Source: Synechococcus sp. TMED19
Lineage (GTDB): Bacteria > Cyanobacteriota > Cyanobacteriia > PCC-6307 > Cyanobiaceae
Length of the DNA stretch: 43,193 nt
Direction: 5' to 3'
NCBI GenBank assembly: GCA_002168155.1
Contig: NHBY01000027.1
Span: forward strand, 1 to 43,193
Shown here: positions 40,504 through 43,193 of the stretch, piece after piece
How the letters are laid out: the number at the start of each line of letters is the position of its first letter
Position numbering within the stretch: the first letter of the stretch is position 1
Notes under the pieces: generated by a model
The model's input: only the letters and a program-made list of their open reading frames with translations
What the model was told of the DNA's origin: nothing
The model's database searches: none
Translations under genes and position numbers: made by a program

Positions 40504-40992
40504 TCACCAGGGCACACCATGCAACTTGGGCAGTGGTGCCGTGTTAGCCGTGATCGCCATCAACTTGGGAATCTTGCCGCTGCTATAGACGCGAAACTCC
40601 CTCTGGACGCAGGCCATCGGCTCCCGAACCGCCTGATTCATTACCACTGATCCCTCCTCATCAGAAACCGATCTATGAAACGTGCCAGGGGGAATGCGGA
40701 GGATGTCACCGCCAGCTTCAAGCCGAACCATATGAAAGGGGTAGTTCCACTGAAAGTTGACCAGATAGAAGGTGCGGCCGCCTTGCACCGCCAGCAAGTT
40801 GTCCTCCTGATGGGGGTGCAAATAGAACTGCCAGGCTCCGCTGGTGTCATCCGGCGGACTGACAGCTGGACCGGCATGGACCACCAGATCACGCGCATTG
40901 GAATCAGCAATCGTGACGTCAAAAAACCGCACCGCTGGGGTATCGCGGAAGCGCTGGTATGGGATCAGCTCAAACATCGGTGCCGGATCCAT
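40504..40992 (-). CDS. cupin-fold-like hypothetical protein
   Basis: AWQFYLHPHQEDNLLAVQGGRTFYLVN ... LRIPPGTFHRSV suggests a double-stranded beta-helix. The start is uncertain: ATG 40992, ATG 41052, or 41094 in the track ORF. Confidence 0.5.
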   Translation of the reverse strand: MDPAPMFELIPYQRFRDTPAVRFFDVTIADSNARDLVVHAGPAVSPPDDTSGAWQFYLHPHQEDNLLAVQGGRTFYLVNFQWNYPFHMVRLEAGGDILRIPPGTFHRSVSDEEGSVVMNQAVREPMACVQREFRVYSSGKIPKLMAITANTAPLPKLHGVPW

Positions 40993-41051
40993 CCAGACTC
41001 CTCTCAATACACACTCATTGAGGCAAAGCCACACCTCGACTGGAGCAGGCA

Positions 41052-41651
41052 TTGATACAACCCAGTGAGCATTTTGAAGAAATAAAAGCTCCATTCCTAC
41101 GTCACTGGCCTGGCTGGGTCGACCCCGCTACCGCCAACAGCTGGTTCAGTGAGCTAGAGCGCGAATCCCCTTGGAAGCAGGAATCAATCACGCTATTCGG
41201 CAAGTCTCATCTCCTGCCCCGGCTGACCTGTTGGATGGCCGATCCAGGTTGCGGCTACCGCTATTCGGGCCTGGAGAACATCGTCGAGCCTTGGTCACCT
41301 ACAGCACAGTTGATCCGCAATCAGATCAACCAGTACACCGGCTGGTATTTCAACTCTCTACTGCTGAATCACTACCGCAATGGCAAAGACGCGATGGGCT
41401 TTCATGCCGATGACGAGCCGGAACTTGATCACCAAGCTCCGATCGCCTCCCTTTCGCTAGGGGCAAGCCGCACCCTACGTTTCAAGCCAAAGAGAGGCGT
41501 CCAAGGCGAGTCTATGAGCGTTGAACTAGGGAACGGCGACCTCTTACTGATGGATCCACCAACACAACAGGAGTGGCTTCATGGGTTGCCGCGCCGGCTG
41601 CGAGTGACTGAACCGCGCCTGAACCTCACCTTCCGGGTGGTGTCTCGATAA
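41052..41651 (+). CDS. AlkB-like Fe(II)/2-oxoglutarate-dependent dioxygenase
   Basis: W.QE.I.LFGK..L.PRLT.WM.D....YRYSG, LLNHYRNG.D.MG.HADDE (HxD), and L..G.PRR..VTEPR.NLTFR (RxNxTFR) form the AlkB signature. TTG is the only available start. Confidence 0.8.
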   Translation: MIQPSEHFEEIKAPFLRHWPGWVDPATANSWFSELERESPWKQESITLFGKSHLLPRLTCWMADPGCGYRYSGLENIVEPWSPTAQLIRNQINQYTGWYFNSLLLNHYRNGKDAMGFHADDEPELDHQAPIASLSLGASRTLRFKPKRGVQGESMSVELGNGDLLLMDPPTQQEWLHGLPRRLRVTEPRLNLTFRVVSR

Positions 41652-41674
41652 TGAATTTCAGCACCTGATTAGCC

Positions 41675-41848
41675 ATGACGCGCGCTGAGCAATCCCACTC
41701 ACCAGCACGCCAGCGGACGCTCGTTGAATCTCTGCGATTGCGCTTTCTGATTGCAGAGCAACAAGGAAACACTGCGGCCAAGCGGGCACTATTCCAAGAA
41801 GCGATCTATTTGGGCATCCAGCCAGAGCTGTTCACCGAACCGAAGTGA
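41675..41848 (+). CDS. small hypothetical protein (57 aa, below the ORF-track cutoff)
   Basis: Hand-translated: MTRAEQSHSPARQRTLVESLRLRFLIAEQQGNTAAKRALFQEAIYLGIQPELFTEPK. Its TGA overlaps the GTG start of the next gene (GTGA), which suggests translational coupling. Confidence 0.3.
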   Translation: MTRAEQSHSPARQRTLVESLRLRFLIAEQQGNTAAKRALFQEAIYLGIQPELFTEPK

Positions 41849-42681
41849 AGGCCCTGCTGTTCCACAGCCTTTGGGGCTGGAAGGAGAGCCTGGCTGCAGC
41901 CAGTGCCTATGCCTCTGACTCAGGCTTTGACGGTCTGGAGATGAACCTGCATCATCCCGCCGTGAAGGCTTGCAGTCGCAATGAGATCAAGCAGCTGCTG
42001 GATATCAAAAAGCAGCAGCTCATCATCGAGATCACCACAGGCGGAGGCTATGTCCCCGATCTGATCGAGCCGATGGGAAAGCATCTCGAGGCCATCACCG
42101 AGGGCCTCGAACAGGCTGATGAACTATCTCCACTACGCATCAACCTGATCACCGGCAGCGACAGCTGGTGCCTCGATGAGCAGCATGATTTTCTAGAGCA
42201 GGCCATCTGCCTGAGCAGGCAGGCAAGTTGCCCGGTGAGCTTTGAAACCCACCGCAGCCGCTCCCTATTCAACCCATGGTTGATACCTGAATTGCTGAGG
42301 GCTCATCCCCAGTTGAGGCTGACCGCTGATCTCAGCCATTGGTGCGTGGTCAGCGAACGACTAATGACCCCTGATCTGAAACCAATCCAAGCCATGGCAC
42401 CGCATGTGGATCACATCCATGCCCGTATTGGCCACGACCAGGGGGCCAGCGTGAGTGATCCATTCGCCGTCATCTGGCAAGAGGAACTACGAGCCCACAT
42501 GAGCTGCTGGCAACTTTTTGCCTCCCAGGTCAACACCCGCCGCGGACCACTGACCCTGACACCGGAGTTCGGTCTGGACGGATATATGCCAGTCGATCCT
42601 GACAATGGCCAGCCGCTGAGGCCGGTGTTGGAACTCAATCAGCGCATGGCGTCATGGCTGCGCAACACATCACTGCCTTGA
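41845..42681 (+). CDS. sugar phosphate isomerase/epimerase-like (xylose isomerase-like TIM barrel) protein
   Basis: 278 aa. G.DG.E, FETH....F, L.L..D.SHW and HARIG resemble the AP-endonuclease-2 / xylose-isomerase-like TIM barrel pattern. GTG start. Confidence 0.55.
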   Translation: MKALLFHSLWGWKESLAAASAYASDSGFDGLEMNLHHPAVKACSRNEIKQLLDIKKQQLIIEITTGGGYVPDLIEPMGKHLEAITEGLEQADELSPLRINLITGSDSWCLDEQHDFLEQAICLSRQASCPVSFETHRSRSLFNPWLIPELLRAHPQLRLTADLSHWCVVSERLMTPDLKPIQAMAPHVDHIHARIGHDQGASVSDPFAVIWQEELRAHMSCWQLFASQVNTRRGPLTLTPEFGLDGYMPVDPDNGQPLRPVLELNQRMASWLRNTSLP

Positions 42682-43193
42682 TCGGCGATCAAGTGGCGAC
42701 GATAAAGATCCTGCCACTGCAGAATGCGTTGCTCTAGTCGATGGGGAGGCCCAGGCTGAAGAGCATCGCTGTAGCCGCGCTGGGCTGACTCCACCAAGCG
42801 ACGATCCTCCGCAAGAAACTCCAACAACTTTTGCAGCCACAGCTGTGCATCAAGACAATCACTTTGGGCAGCGAACAGACGCAGCTGCAGTCGACATTGC
42901 TGAAGTTCAAGCGGCAGAAACTCCAGCACGGCAATCCGGCCATCCGGCCAGATCAGCACATGGGTCCATGGAGCCAGACCAAAAGTGAGGAACTCGCCCC
43001 CCGCAGGATGGGGCGTACTCAGGACATTGGCGCAATCGCTAAAGCCATGCCGATACTCCCGTACCGGCCCCTGCTCTCGATGCAAAGTCGTTGGATGCGC
43101 AATGGCAACGTGATAGTCGTCAAGGGTGTTGTCATGGGCGATCTTCCAATTGCAATCCAACACCTGCTGAGTACTGGTGAGCTGAGATAGCGG
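42639..43193 (-). CDS. Rieske-type aromatic ring-hydroxylating oxygenase alpha subunit, C-terminal catalytic part (5' end outside window)
   Basis: CNWKIAHDNTLDDYHVAIAH carries the mononuclear iron motif (D-x2-H-x4-H). The reading frame stays open to the window edge (…PLSQLTSTQQ precedes the track start), so the Rieske domain lies beyond 43193. Confidence 0.7.
   Translation of the reverse strand, partial: PLSQLTSTQQVLDCNWKIAHDNTLDDYHVAIAHPTTLHREQGPVREYRHGFSDCANVLSTPHPAGGEFLTFGLAPWTHVLIWPDGRIAVLEFLPLELQQCRLQLRLFAAQSDCLDAQLWLQKLLEFLAEDRRLVESAQRGYSDALQPGPPHRLEQRILQWQDLYRRHLIADQGSDVLRSHDAMR

Overview
This 43.2-kb chromosomal window looks like a high-GC marine or estuarine picocyanobacterium (Synechococcus/Cyanobium-like). 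That assignment is an inference from gene content, the urtABCDE-ureGFE/ureDABC neighbourhood, GTAN8TAC NtcA boxes, and DUF4278- and DUF2227-type genes.

- **About 4.1-18.8 kb, core housekeeping:** mazG, a Tat-signal beta-carbonic anhydrase, speE-speB, gcvT, aspS, a sigma-70 family factor, dps, an SDR, and a tightly overlapped pyrG-queE-queC-pabB-pabC string. tRNA-Val(UAC), two cupins and a Cys-repeat secreted protein lie near the left end.
- **About 18.76-29.2 kb, low-GC block:** base composition drops abruptly right after the pabC stop. The block carries a DUF4278 gene, an orphan lipoprotein, and two non-homologous formamidases (FmdA-type and AmiF-type) with an FmdB zinc-ribbon gene between them. 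Convergent to these is the complete urtABCDE transporter operon.
- **Urease cluster:** it follows the block but is interrupted twice by antisense permease genes. A TSUP/TauE-like gene sits between ureG and ureF, and an AEC-family gene sits between ureD and ureA.
- **Right end:** a class I glutamine amidotransferase, a Coq4-like HDxxH protein, an experimentally uncharacterised circularly permuted ATP-grasp / alpha-E / transglutaminase operon, a cupin-like protein, an AlkB-like dioxygenase, a TIM-barrel isomerase-like protein, and a Rieske-type oxygenase truncated by the window edge.

Perfect NtcA boxes sit upstream of urtA, between ureE and ureD, and upstream of the ATP-grasp operon. I saw no CRISPR array, rRNA, transposase or integrase. 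All homology statements rest on motif recognition from memory, not on searches.
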